DNA of 39,677 nucleotides from Congzhengia sp. (GCA_045577195.1 JAZNIA010000068.1:1-39677); one strand, 5' to 3'. Positions 26,804 to 36,794 are shown, numbered from the stretch's first letter. Numbers and translations: made by a program. Notes: a model not told the origin generated them from the letters alone.

Positions 26804-27994
26804 ATGCATGCATTGGTTCAGAAAAAATATGTTGTGCTGACGGCACTGATTACATTTGTGGTGACCTTGTTTGTTGCCGTGGGCGGCACTTGTGTTTACT
26901 TTTGGCTTTTTTCCTATGATGAAGTAGCACGGGCAAGAGACATTATCTGCGAAAACTATGTTGATCCCGTAACGGACGAGCAGAAAAAAACCATGAACGA
27001 TTATGCAATCTCTGCAATGGTTGCAAGCTTAGAGGACCCTTATTCTTATTACTTTAATGAAGAAATGTATGACTCTTATGAAGAGAGCAATCAAGAAGAA
27101 TATGTAGGCGTTGGTGTTACCGTAAGCTTTGATGCACAGACCAATCAACTAACGGTCATTTCACCAACCGATGGTTCTCCCGCGCAAAAAGCAGGAATTC
27201 TGCCGGGTGACGTGATATATCAGGTGGACGATCTAACGGTAACTGCTGAAAATTATAACGATGTGGTTGATTACATTCGTGGAAACGATGCAAAAAAGGG
27301 TTCTATCGTGACTCTTCATATTTTAAGAGACGGCGAAGAAAAAGTTTATCAAGTGGCGCGAGATGTGATTCCCGTTGACACCGTGTCATATAAAATGCTG
27401 GACGAGAACGTAGGCTTTATCCGCATTTCCGAGTTTAAACACAGTACCGTTAACGAGTTTTCTGAGGCACTCACAGCCGTGCAAGCGCAGCGCGCCAAAG
27501 GACTTGTCATTGACCTTCGCAGTAATCCGGGCGGGTACGCCGACAGCGTGATTACGATGACGGATATGCTGCTTCCGGAAGGCGTGATTGCGTATTTGGA
27601 GGACAGCAAAGGAAAAAGGGAATACTTCCATTCTGACAAGAAGCACGTCGGTCTTCCCATGGTGGTTCTGGTGAATGAGGGAACTGCCAGCGCAGCAGAA
27701 CTTTTGGCAGGCAGTACGCAGGCGCACGGCGTGGCAAAAATTGTCGGCAAGAAAACTTACGGAAAGGCCGTAGGGCAAACACCCTTTATGCTGACACAAG
27801 ATACAGCGATTTATCTCACATGTGCTCGTTACTACACGCCAAAGGGTGAGTGCATTGACAAAAAAGGCATTATGCCTGATTTTGAGGTAGACCTTTCCGA
27901 TGAGAAAAAGGCAAACCTCACCAGACTCGACCCCCTAGATGACGATCAGCTTTCTGCAGCAGTTGAGCTTTTGTATGACGATATATCGAAATAG
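26804..27994 (+). CDS. S41 carboxyl-terminal processing protease, membrane anchored
   Basis: N-terminal TM, GVGV PDZ, DLRSNPGG, TASAAE, TYGK. Confidence 0.92.
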   Translation: MHALVQKKYVVLTALITFVVTLFVAVGGTCVYFWLFSYDEVARARDIICENYVDPVTDEQKKTMNDYAISAMVASLEDPYSYYFNEEMYDSYEESNQEEYVGVGVTVSFDAQTNQLTVISPTDGSPAQKAGILPGDVIYQVDDLTVTAENYNDVVDYIRGNDAKKGSIVTLHILRDGEEKVYQVARDVIPVDTVSYKMLDENVGFIRISEFKHSTVNEFSEALTAVQAQRAKGLVIDLRSNPGGYADSVITMTDMLLPEGVIAYLEDSKGKREYFHSDKKHVGLPMVVLVNEGTASAAELLAGSTQAHGVAKIVGKKTYGKAVGQTPFMLTQDTAIYLTCARYYTPKGECIDKKGIMPDFEVDLSDEKKANLTRLDPLDDDQLSAAVELLYDDISK

Positions 27995-28029
27995 AACAAG
28001 ACCAAATACCCGCGAAAGGAGGAACGACA

Positions 28030-31000
28030 TTGAATGGTTTAACGATTTTTGCAGTGCTGTATGTCCTTTTGCTTTTTGGTGGATACCGCCTGATCACAAA
28101 TGAAGAAGTCATCATGAAACGGTGCACGAAAAAGGAATGGATTTTCTTTGCCACGGCAATCGGCTTTGTTACAGTTATCAAACTGTATTTGTCACAAACC
28201 TTTTACGGTCATTCCTCCGATGTAAGCCTCTTTTCCGCCTGGGCGGATTTGGGCAGAAACGAGTCTGTTACCGAATTTTACGGAGAGCTGGGCAGGCAGT
28301 ACTATGTGGATTATCCGCCCCTTTATCTGTATGTGCTGACATTTGTGGGTAAGCTTTCGGAACTGCTCCGCATACCCTACGGTTCGGACGGATACCTTGT
28401 GCTGATTAAGCTGTTCCCCATTCTGGCAGATACAGCGACAGTGCTTTTGGTGTACCGTTTTGCTGTGCGGGAGTTTTCAGACCGCCATGCGATGCTCCTT
28501 TCACTTTTTGTACTGATTCACCCTGCGTACATTTTAAATTCCGTATTCTGGGGACAGATTGACGGACTTTATACGCTTTTGATTTTCTGGCTGATTTATT
28601 CTGTTTATAAAAAGCGGTATATGCAGGCGGTGCTTGCCTTTGCGGTAGGCATGCTGACAAAACCGCAAATGTTGATATTTTTGCCGCTTCTCGGCTTTTG
28701 GCTGATTTATGATGTGATAACGGAGCTGCGGGAAACCAAAAAAATCCTTTCGCTCCTTCGTGCGCTGACGGGACTTTTGGTTTCGGTTTTGCTGGTTATC
28801 GTGTGTGCCTATCCGATTTTTAAAGGTGACTTCGGGCGGTTTTTTGCCCTTTATACCAACGCGGCAGGGCAGTATCCCTACGCGTCCTTAAACGCGAGCA
28901 ATCTGTTTGGTGCATTTGGATTAAACTGGGCAAATGTAGAGACAAGCTTTTTGGGTATCACCTATGAAAGCTGGGGATTTATCGGCATTATTGTAACCTC
29001 TGTTATTGTGGGACTTGGAACAGTGCTGTCTCATAACCGCTCTGGCACACTGATTCTAGGCGGATTTACCGTGGCAAGCATATATATGCTGGCGCACATG
29101 ATGCACGAGCGGTATTTGTTTCCTTTGATATTGATTTTGCTGATTACGTATATCATTACGAAAGATAAAAGGATGCTTTTTGCTTTTGGTGTGGCAAGCA
29201 TTTTGTGCTTTGTCCAGCCCGGGCTGGTGCTTTTAGACAACGAAGGCTATATCACACTGACAAAGAGCGCATTTATTGCTCTTTCCTGGGTTCATATCTT
29301 ATTTTATATTTATTTGCTTGCGGTGTGGTATCAGCTTTTGATTCACGATGACGTAAAAACCCCTGTGATGCGCAGTCCAAAAATCCTTTGCATTGCGCAG
29401 GAAGAAAGGAAGGTACGCTATACAAGATACGACGCTTTGATTATGCTTGTGCTTACCGTGGTGTACGGAATAACAGCCTTTTGGAATCTGGGTGCAAAAG
29501 ACGTACCTCAATCAGGCTATTACCCGCAGCAAAACGGGGAAACCGTGATTTTAGACCTGGGCGAGGAGTATATGATAGACCGTGTCAACTTCTATTTTGG
29601 ATGGATTGACCGTCGGGATTCTGACAGCGAGGTAGAACGGGTTTTGTCAGTTTCGTTCGGCAACAATGCGGCGCAGGACGGCGAAAAGCCTGAGCTTGTG
29701 TTTGGTGAGGAAACAAAGCTTGTTGTAAACTCCGTTTTCCGCTGGGATGGGTTTTATATTGGTCAACCGGGGAGATATATGAAAATCACCGTGGATGAGG
29801 GTAATTTTTATTTGCTGGAGGCAGCATGCTTTGATGCACACAGGACATTGATTTCGCCCGTTGGCGCATATAGCGATAATCCAACAGCAACGTTTCTTTA
29901 CGATGAGCAGGACAAGTCCGTTTATGAGTACACCTGGTACGAGGGAACGTATTTTGACGAGGTTTATCACCCCAGAACCGCGTATGAGTATTTAAACGGG
30001 ATGCACCCGTATGAAAATACACACCCGCCTCTGGGCAAGCTGATTATTTCTCTTGGTATGATGCTGTTTGGGGTCAATCCGTTTGGTTGGCGTTTTTTTG
30101 GCACGCTGTGCGGCGTGGTGATGGTGCCGATGGTTTATTTTCTGGCAAAACAACTGTTAAAAGAAACCAAATGGGCGTTTGTTGCAAGCTTTTTGTTTAC
30201 CTTTGACTTCATGCATCTGTCGCAAACAAGACTTGCAACTATTGATTCATATACAGCGCTTTTTGCGATGCTGATGTATTATTTTATGTATCAGTATATT
30301 ACGCGTAATCACTACAATACCGGTGTCAGAAAGACGCTTATGCCGCTGTTTTTAAGTGGTCTGTTTTTTGGCATAGGCGTTGCGGTGAAATGGCAGGGCG
30401 TGTACGCGGGCATTGGACTTGCCGTTTTGTTTTTTGGTGCAAACATCAAGCGGTTTTTGGAATACCGCGCTGCAAAAGACGGAAGACTGGTGGGAGACTC
30501 GGAAACGATTCTGCGCACGTTTTTACCAAACACGGTAAAAACGATGGCGGTAGCCTGCGTGTTTTTTGTTGTGGTTCCGCTTCTCATTTATGTGGTGTCT
30601 TACCTGCCGATTGTGTTATCGGGCAGTGAGGACATATCATATATCTGGGAAAACCAGCTCAGTATGTTCCGTTACCATTCTTTACTTACGGAAACGCATC
30701 CTTATGGCTCGTCTTGGTGGACCTGGCCTCTGGACATAAAACCGCTTTATGCCTATAACCCCAACCGTGATTTTGTACCGGTGGGCACGGCTCAGGGCAT
30801 TTCCACCTTTGGAAATCCTCTGGTATGGTGGTTGACTATTCCCGCAATGGCATATTTGATTTATTTGTGGGCGAAAAAGAAAGCAAATCTTGAAATATAT
30901 ACTGTTTTGGCAGGATTTGGAGCGCTGTATTTTCCCTGGGTGCTGATTTCAAGACAGGCGTTTATTTATCATTTTTTCCCCTGCGTGGCGTTTGTTGCAA

Positions 31001-31185
31001 TTGCGGCAGCGTACTGTATGCGGGAACTCGTGCAAAGGAAACCGAATCTGCGCTATGGAGTATGGGTATATATAGCAGCAGTTTTGGTGCTGTATATTCT
31101 ATATTATCCCCTTTTGACGGGCATTGCGATTCCGGAGGCGTATGCAAGGGCTCTAACATGGTTTCCAACCTGGGTATTGGGATAA
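28030..31185 (+). CDS. Fused double GT-C glycosyltransferase: N-terminal DYPP/HERY module, beta-sandwich, then PMT (GT39) module
   Basis: TTG start after AAGGAGG; DYPP, WGQID, MHERY; YFDEVY..HPPLGK, FGWR, RLATID, VKW, HPYGS.WW.WP, GNP, FIYHF. Confidence 0.88.
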   Translation: MNGLTIFAVLYVLLLFGGYRLITNEEVIMKRCTKKEWIFFATAIGFVTVIKLYLSQTFYGHSSDVSLFSAWADLGRNESVTEFYGELGRQYYVDYPPLYLYVLTFVGKLSELLRIPYGSDGYLVLIKLFPILADTATVLLVYRFAVREFSDRHAMLLSLFVLIHPAYILNSVFWGQIDGLYTLLIFWLIYSVYKKRYMQAVLAFAVGMLTKPQMLIFLPLLGFWLIYDVITELRETKKILSLLRALTGLLVSVLLVIVCAYPIFKGDFGRFFALYTNAAGQYPYASLNASNLFGAFGLNWANVETSFLGITYESWGFIGIIVTSVIVGLGTVLSHNRSGTLILGGFTVASIYMLAHMMHERYLFPLILILLITYIITKDKRMLFAFGVASILCFVQPGLVLLDNEGYITLTKSAFIALSWVHILFYIYLLAVWYQLLIHDDVKTPVMRSPKILCIAQEERKVRYTRYDALIMLVLTVVYGITAFWNLGAKDVPQSGYYPQQNGETVILDLGEEYMIDRVNFYFGWIDRRDSDSEVERVLSVSFGNNAAQDGEKPELVFGEETKLVVNSVFRWDGFYIGQPGRYMKITVDEGNFYLLEAACFDAHRTLISPVGAYSDNPTATFLYDEQDKSVYEYTWYEGTYFDEVYHPRTAYEYLNGMHPYENTHPPLGKLIISLGMMLFGVNPFGWRFFGTLCGVVMVPMVYFLAKQLLKETKWAFVASFLFTFDFMHLSQTRLATIDSYTALFAMLMYYFMYQYITRNHYNTGVRKTLMPLFLSGLFFGIGVAVKWQGVYAGIGLAVLFFGANIKRFLEYRAAKDGRLVGDSETILRTFLPNTVKTMAVACVFFVVVPLLIYVVSYLPIVLSGSEDISYIWENQLSMFRYHSLLTETHPYGSSWWTWPLDIKPLYAYNPNRDFVPVGTAQGISTFGNPLVWWLTIPAMAYLIYLWAKKKANLEIYTVLAGFGALYFPWVLISRQAFIYHFFPCVAFVAIAAAYCMRELVQRKPNLRYGVWVYIAAVLVLYILYYPLLTGIAIPEAYARALTWFPTWVLG

Positions 31186-31200
31186 AGAAAGGAATCAAAC

Positions 31201-31947
31201 ATGGAAAAATCCGAAATTACAACTATAGAGGGCAGAAACCCGGTGTTTGAAGCACTTTCAGGCGATATGCCGATCGAAAAGATCTATATCAGCAACCGCG
31301 CCGGCGGCTCGCAGATTTCAAAAATTATTACGGCGGCACGGAAACAAGGCGTGGTATTTAAGTCTGTTTCCCCCGAAAAAATTGATGAAATTGCCAAAAC
31401 AGAGTCCAATCAAGGCGTTGTGGCCATTTGCGCAGAGGTTTCCTACGCCTCTGTGGAGGAGATTCTGGAGCTGGCAGAGAAAAAAGAGGAACCGCCTTTT
31501 GTGATTTTAGCAGACGAAATTACCGACCCACATAACCTAGGCGCCATCATCCGAACGGCAAACGCCGTGGGTGCTCACGGTGTGATTATTCCCAAAAACC
31601 GTTCAGCGGGCGTAAACCCTGTGGTGTTTAAAACCTCGGCGGGTGCCGCGGCGTACACAAAAGTGGCAAAGGTAAATAACTTAACCCAGACGATGGAACA
31701 ACTCAAAAAATCCGGACTTTGGATTACCGGTGCCGATATGACGGGCGCGCAGGAAATGTGTGATGCCGATTTAAAAGGACCGCTGGCAATTGTTATTGGA
31801 TCTGAGGGAAAGGGTATTTCGAAAAAAGTAAAGGATAATTGTGATTTTTTGGTACGGATTCCCATGGTAGGCGAAATCAATTCCTTAAATGCTTCCGTTG
31901 CAGCGGCGGTTTTGATGTATGAAGCATTTCGCCAGAGAGGTGTGTAA
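31201..31947 (+). CDS. rlmB: 23S rRNA Gm2251 2'-O-methyltransferase (SpoU/TrmH family)
   Basis: EGRNPV, DPHNLGAIIR, GSEGKG, IPMVG..SLNASVA. Confidence 0.93.
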   Translation: MEKSEITTIEGRNPVFEALSGDMPIEKIYISNRAGGSQISKIITAARKQGVVFKSVSPEKIDEIAKTESNQGVVAICAEVSYASVEEILELAEKKEEPPFVILADEITDPHNLGAIIRTANAVGAHGVIIPKNRSAGVNPVVFKTSAGAAAYTKVAKVNNLTQTMEQLKKSGLWITGADMTGAQEMCDADLKGPLAIVIGSEGKGISKKVKDNCDFLVRIPMVGEINSLNASVAAAVLMYEAFRQRGV

Positions 31948-31994
31948 AAAAAGGCCGAAAAGTCTATTATATTTAAGAAAAAGGAGAAAAGAGA

Positions 31995-32963
31995 ATGTAT
32001 TACATTGGTATTGACTTGGGCGGCACCAACATTGCCGCGGGTATTGTAGACGAAAACAATACGATTATTGCAAAGGGATCAGTTCCCACGGGAAGAACCC
32101 GTTCCTTTGAAGAAATTGTAAAGGATATGGCAGACTTATGTAAAAAACTGATGGAGGAGAAAGGCATTACAGAAGAAGAGGTTGCCTCTATCGGTATCGG
32201 GAGTCCCGGAACGGTTGATGTTGAAAATCTTAGCATTGTCTATAGCAACAATATCCCTGCGTTCACCGGAGCACCTCTGGGGGAGGAAATGAGCAAGTAT
32301 TTCCCCAATATGGACATTCGTCTGGAAAACGATGCAAATGCAGCGGCATATGGCGAGATGGTTGCCGGCGCCGCGGCCGGTGAATCAAATGTTGTTATGA
32401 TTACACTGGGAACAGGTGTTGGCGGTGGCATCATTATTGACGGAAAAATATACAGCGGGTTTAACCATGCAGGTGGCGAATTGGGACATGCTGTTATTAT
32501 GGTGGACGGAGAGCCTTGCACCTGCGGAAGACGCGGTTGTTGGGAAGTCTATGCGTCTGTTACGGGATTGATCCGTCAAACAGCTGAGGCAATAGAAGAT
32601 TATCCTGACAGTAAGATTCATGAGATGATTGGTGGAGACAAGAAAAAGATTAGTGGCAGAACGGCATTTGATGCAATGCGCGCAGATGACGAAGCCGGTC
32701 GAGTGATTGTTGACAAGTATATTCGCTATGTTGCGATTGGTGTAATCAATTTAATCAATATTTTTCAACCGAAAAAACTGGTGATCGGCGGGGGAATCAG
32801 CAAAGAGGGAGAAACACTTCTGGCGCCCATGCGCAAGCACATTGTTGCACGCGCGTTCGCAGGTGGTGAGGGAAATCTTCCTACACCAGAAGTTGTTTGT
32901 GCAACACTTGGCAATGATGCGGGCATTATTGGTGCGGCAATGTTGGTAAAACAAGATAACTAA
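31995..32963 (+). CDS. ROK family sugar kinase (glucokinase-like)
   Basis: GIDLGGT, ENDANAAA, TLGTGVGGG, GELGH, CTCGRRGCWE; no N-terminal HTH. Confidence 0.92.
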   Translation: MYYIGIDLGGTNIAAGIVDENNTIIAKGSVPTGRTRSFEEIVKDMADLCKKLMEEKGITEEEVASIGIGSPGTVDVENLSIVYSNNIPAFTGAPLGEEMSKYFPNMDIRLENDANAAAYGEMVAGAAAGESNVVMITLGTGVGGGIIIDGKIYSGFNHAGGELGHAVIMVDGEPCTCGRRGCWEVYASVTGLIRQTAEAIEDYPDSKIHEMIGGDKKKISGRTAFDAMRADDEAGRVIVDKYIRYVAIGVINLINIFQPKKLVIGGGISKEGETLLAPMRKHIVARAFAGGEGNLPTPEVVCATLGNDAGIIGAAMLVKQDN

Positions 32964-32974
32964 TTTCATACATA

Positions 32975-33016
32975 AAAGAGCTGTAGCAAAATGATTTCAT
33001 TTTGCTACAGCTCTTT
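32975..33016. terminator. Bidirectional terminator (GCTGTAGC-family hairpin)
   Basis: 20-bp perfect inverted repeat aaagagctgtagcaaaatga / tcattttgctacagctcttt between convergent genes. Confidence 0.85.
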
Positions 33017-33040
33017 ATCATATGCATTTGTTCGTCGTTT

Positions 33041-33661
33041 TTAACGGATGAAATTTGTACGCATTCCGGGTTCGCGCTCGGGATACATGATTCCTGCTTT
33101 CTTTCCTGCCTCAAAGCACTTGAGCATCCATGCCATATTGTTTGCCAGCGTACGCATGGTCTGCATACCTTCCTTGTCCTCCTGTGCCTCTTCTAGAGAA
33201 ATGCCGTGCACCGAGTTCCAGTACTGTGAGGGAACTGTGGGCATACCGCTAATGGAAAAATATTTATTGATCTGGTCAAATGCTGCCGAAGCGCCACCTC
33301 TGCGACAAACAGCGACAGCTGCTGCGGGTTTTCCGAAAAAGAGCGCTGCTTTTCCGTAGAACACGCGGTCCATAAAAGATGTCAGTGCGCCGGAAGCAGC
33401 TGCGTAGTGTACGGGGGAACCGAATATAAAACCGTCAGCATGCTGTGATTTTTCAATAAAGGTATTAACGCAATCTGAAATGACGCAACGCTTTGTTTTG
33501 CGGCAACCGCCACATCCGAGACAGCCGGAAATCGGTTCTGTGCCAACATGGAATATCTCAGTTTCTATCCCGTTTTTTTCTAACGTTTCTGCCACTTCTC
33601 TCAGGGCAGCATACGTTGTGCCCTTTTCATGGGGACTTCCATTTACTAAAATTACTTTCAT
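33041..33661 (-). CDS. Flavodoxin-fold iron-sulfur flavoprotein (NADPH-dependent FMN reductase family)
   Basis: NGSPH..GTT, CLGCGGC-x5-C, GSPVHY, RRGG. Confidence 0.9.
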   Translation of the reverse strand: MKVILVNGSPHEKGTTYAALREVAETLEKNGIETEIFHVGTEPISGCLGCGGCRKTKRCVISDCVNTFIEKSQHADGFIFGSPVHYAAASGALTSFMDRVFYGKAALFFGKPAAAVAVCRRGGASAAFDQINKYFSISGMPTVPSQYWNSVHGISLEEAQEDKEGMQTMRTLANNMAWMLKCFEAGKKAGIMYPEREPGMRTNFIR

Positions 33662-33680
33662 TCCTTTATTCCCTTCTATC

Positions 33681-36600
33681 CTATTTTAGTTTCTTTTTTC
33701 GTTTTAACATCCAAAGAGCCATCATGCCGCCGCCTACAAGGAGGACTCCGCCGCCTACAGCTGCTGCAGCCGCAATCGCTTTTGCGTTTGCGCTCATCGG
33801 CATATTAAGCTCTACCGGCGGCACCTCGTACAAAAGTAAAAATAAACGATATAATATCACTGCCGCCTGTTCGCGGGTGATTTCTGCCTGCGGATTCAAC
33901 ATATCCGTGCGGTCAAACAACCCATCGCGGACAGAAAGCGCAACCTGCGATCTTGCCCAGTCAGAAATCTTGTCCCGGTCAGAAAATGAGGTTAAGTATT
34001 CTTCCGTGTTCACGGGAACCGAGTATCCCTTTTGGTCAATCAATGTTCTTCCCGCAAGGGACAGCATCTGCTCAACCGTCATGTTAATTTCGCCGCCGAA
34101 GGTTGTCTTGCTATATCCTTCTACAATATCCTTTGCCTCTGCCGACGCAACGTACGGATAAAAAGGACTATCCTGCGGCACGTCTTCAAAAGAAGTCTCA
34201 AGGCTTCTGTCTAAGGCAAAGAACATACCAACCAAAGCCTGGGTAAACTGATAACGGGAAAGTGTTCCCTCGGGCAGGAAGTTTGTTCCGTCAAGCCCTA
34301 AATAGCCCTTGGACACCAGAAAACGAATGGCTTTCTGGCTTTCTTCGGACAAATTACCAATATCATCAATCTGTACGTTGTTTTCCAGCACTTCATACTG
34401 ACCCGAATAGGGCGTTTCAAAGGAAATGATTCCGGCGTTTTGGTCAAACTGACCGCCCCAGTTATCGCTGCCGCCTGCATAAGACGCCATAATGGTGCAG
34501 AGCATGCCGCTTGCCGGAACGCCAAATGTTACGGGTGCGGGCAGACGGTCGATTTTTTCGCCCTGCTCAGTTTGAAACTCAATTGCAAAGGTGTTTTCTC
34601 CCGTTTTAGAAAAGGCGATGTTTACCGCTCCGTATGTATCTGCCAAGGCCTTTGCGTGTTCAGAAGAAATCTGTACATAGCAGTTGGAATCTCCTAAAAG
34701 CAGGCGAACAGACGCACCGTTTAACTGCTCCGCAAACGCATCATCTATTGTAATTTTGCATGGCTTGTCCGCTTTATAGTTTTTCCAGACGATGCGGATA
34801 ATCACGGTGATTTCCTTGCCCGGCGTAACGCCTTTTTCAGAGAATAAGCTGTTTACTTCGTCTTTGATGCTTTGCGCCTTGGATACCAGGTCGCCAAGCA
34901 TCTTTTTATTTAACGTAATTTTGTTTCCTCTTGCAGAAACGGAGTCTGCACAGATGCTGCTGATGGCTGTTTCAACAAAGGAAATCAGCTCATTCATCGC
35001 CATATCGTTTGGCGCAGTGCCGTCTATGTTGTCAAGACAGGCGGAAAGGTATTTACACAAATCCCGCGCGCTGTCAAAGGAGGAGATTTTGCCGTAATCT
35101 AGGCTGATGTTTGAACGGCTCACGGTATCTGTTGCAATTTGTGTCAGTGCGCTTTCTTCTAAAGGCGTGTCATGGGTTGCGGTAACGTTCCAGTTAAGGC
35201 TTCCGTTTTGCAAAACACCCTTTACCAATACGCCCTTTTCGCCGCCGTCCAGTTCGATGATAATGTAATACAAGCCGTCGGAAAGACGGTAAATATCTAC
35301 AATTTTTCCGCCGACACCGTTTAATACCGCCTGAGAAACGGCATCTGCATGCTCGTCTGCGGTGTTGTCAACCATCGAAAATCCCTTGTAGCGGGAGCCG
35401 CCGTTTGCATAAAGGCGAAGTGCCTTTGCCATTTCTCCTGCAGGGGATAAATCCGAACGCAAAGTCGCTTCTGCGGTCGTCCATTCGCTATACAAAGAAT
35501 AGGTGGCGCTAAATTTATCGTACTGCGCAATATCGGCGGGATTGATTTCTTTTCCGTCCCAGTACTCTTTGCCGTATAAACCGTCGTCATTCGGGACATA
35601 TTTGTGTTCATGGAGCAGTGAAAGATTTCCGTTTGCAATCCGATAGTATTTCCGGTGCATCGGCACGCCGACATCCTGCGTAAAGTCGTTGTTTGAAATA
35701 ACGGGAATCCCGTCAAAGTACCCCAGAAGCGGATCATAGGAAGATTCAAAGGGAACTGCAGCGGTTCCGTTCCAGCTCCAGACCAAATCCTTTTCTCCAG
35801 CTGCCATCAAAAGCGGCATACCGTCCCCTGCAATGTCAATCAGCACGCCTTTGGTATAGGAAGGCAGACGATCCAGCACATCTGCATAGGCGTTTGCCAT
35901 ATCGGCTGGCATTTTACATTTGGAATAATCGCCATAGTACTCGATTGTGCTCAGTGCCCTTGTTGCCGTACCGGATGAGAAACCGCCGGCAGAAATCCCC
36001 ATCTTTGCCAGACATTCCGCAAGAGAATAATCTGTCTGCTCATAGCCGGAGGCGTAAAAAGCACCTTCGCCGCCACCAACGCCCGACTTGATTTTAAGCA
36101 CGTCTATAAAGTTTTGGACATGCATACCACACATTGTGACAATTCCCTCGACGCCGTTATCATTTGCATCCTCGGGGAGGTGTACGTCCTGAAAACCGTC
36201 TCCGTTCCAAAAGATACCGTGTCTGTAATGGGTGCGCATTGAGCCGTATTGTCCGTAGGTCAACAAAAACATCGTTCCCTGCCGGAAACCTGCAATTTGA
36301 GCGCCTAGCGGTGCGGATAACCTTCCGCGTTCCATCGCAATGGTATTCTGATATACATAAACTGCGGTTTCTATGGTGCCGGACGCGCTATCCACCCAAG
36401 AAATCACAAGTTCGTCGTCTGACGTGCCGAAGGCAGTGATGCCGAGTAAATCTTCACACATAACAGCAATGACGCCATCGTGATAACGAAGCTCGGTTGC
36501 AAAGGTATCCTTGTTTTTATACATCTCAATACCACCGATGCCTTTTTCCTGAATCATTTCAAGAACGACATCCTTATAGGCTTCCCGCGAATTGCCGCCA

Positions 36601-36698
36601 CTGGAAAAGCTTGCAAACACAAGATTTCCAAAACTCATCATACAGATTGCCACTATGAGGCATAATGCGCCAAAGCGGCAAAACAAACTTTTTTTCAT
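33681..36698 (-). CDS. Large surface protein with three SLH domains and a C-terminal TM anchor
   Basis: Signal peptide from MKKSLF (ATG 36698); SLH-like repeats (LSRYQF, DVP..MTVEQM, FSD...WA...ITREQAA); hydrophobic stretch plus KRKKKLK. Confidence 0.85.
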   Translation of the reverse strand: MKKSLFCRFGALCLIVAICMMSFGNLVFASFSSGGNSREAYKDVVLEMIQEKGIGGIEMYKNKDTFATELRYHDGVIAVMCEDLLGITAFGTSDDELVISWVDSASGTIETAVYVYQNTIAMERGRLSAPLGAQIAGFRQGTMFLLTYGQYGSMRTHYRHGIFWNGDGFQDVHLPEDANDNGVEGIVTMCGMHVQNFIDVLKIKSGVGGGEGAFYASGYEQTDYSLAECLAKMGISAGGFSSGTATRALSTIEYYGDYSKCKMPADMANAYADVLDRLPSYTKGVLIDIAGDGMPLLMAAGEKDLVWSWNGTAAVPFESSYDPLLGYFDGIPVISNNDFTQDVGVPMHRKYYRIANGNLSLLHEHKYVPNDDGLYGKEYWDGKEINPADIAQYDKFSATYSLYSEWTTAEATLRSDLSPAGEMAKALRLYANGGSRYKGFSMVDNTADEHADAVSQAVLNGVGGKIVDIYRLSDGLYYIIIELDGGEKGVLVKGVLQNGSLNWNVTATHDTPLEESALTQIATDTVSRSNISLDYGKISSFDSARDLCKYLSACLDNIDGTAPNDMAMNELISFVETAISSICADSVSARGNKITLNKKMLGDLVSKAQSIKDEVNSLFSEKGVTPGKEITVIIRIVWKNYKADKPCKITIDDAFAEQLNGASVRLLLGDSNCYVQISSEHAKALADTYGAVNIAFSKTGENTFAIEFQTEQGEKIDRLPAPVTFGVPASGMLCTIMASYAGGSDNWGGQFDQNAGIISFETPYSGQYEVLENNVQIDDIGNLSEESQKAIRFLVSKGYLGLDGTNFLPEGTLSRYQFTQALVGMFFALDRSLETSFEDVPQDSPFYPYVASAEAKDIVEGYSKTTFGGEINMTVEQMLSLAGRTLIDQKGYSVPVNTEEYLTSFSDRDKISDWARSQVALSVRDGLFDRTDMLNPQAEITREQAAVILYRLFLLLYEVPPVELNMPMSANAKAIAAAAAVGGGVLLVGGGMMALWMLKRKKKLK

Positions 36699-36729
36699 AT
36701 CTTCCATCTCCCAAAACTTTGATGAGATT

Positions 36730-36758
36730 ATTTTATCATAGAAAGCAATGCTTTTCAA
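36730..36758 (-). promoter_or_regulatory. sigmaA promoter for the SLH protein gene
   Basis: Minus strand TTGAAA-17bp-(TG-n)TAAAAT. Confidence 0.7.
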
Positions 36759-36794
36759 GAGAAACACAAATACAAAAATATTTTTAAAAAATGC

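Noticed and set aside
6997-34161. Long antisense ORFs (e.g. 6997..7470, 12399..12956, 21932..22483, 33493..34161)
   Set aside because: Shadow frames of well-supported genes with no motifs or RBS
36742-36754. Palindrome aaagcaatgcttt in the SLH promoter spacer as an operator
   Set aside because: Short, single occurrence, no match to a consensus I recognise
10122-36767. Longest-ORF starts for rlmN, era, murI, DUF1934, first S41 protease and the SLH protein
   Set aside because: They overlap upstream genes or promoters; downstream starts have better RBS spacing
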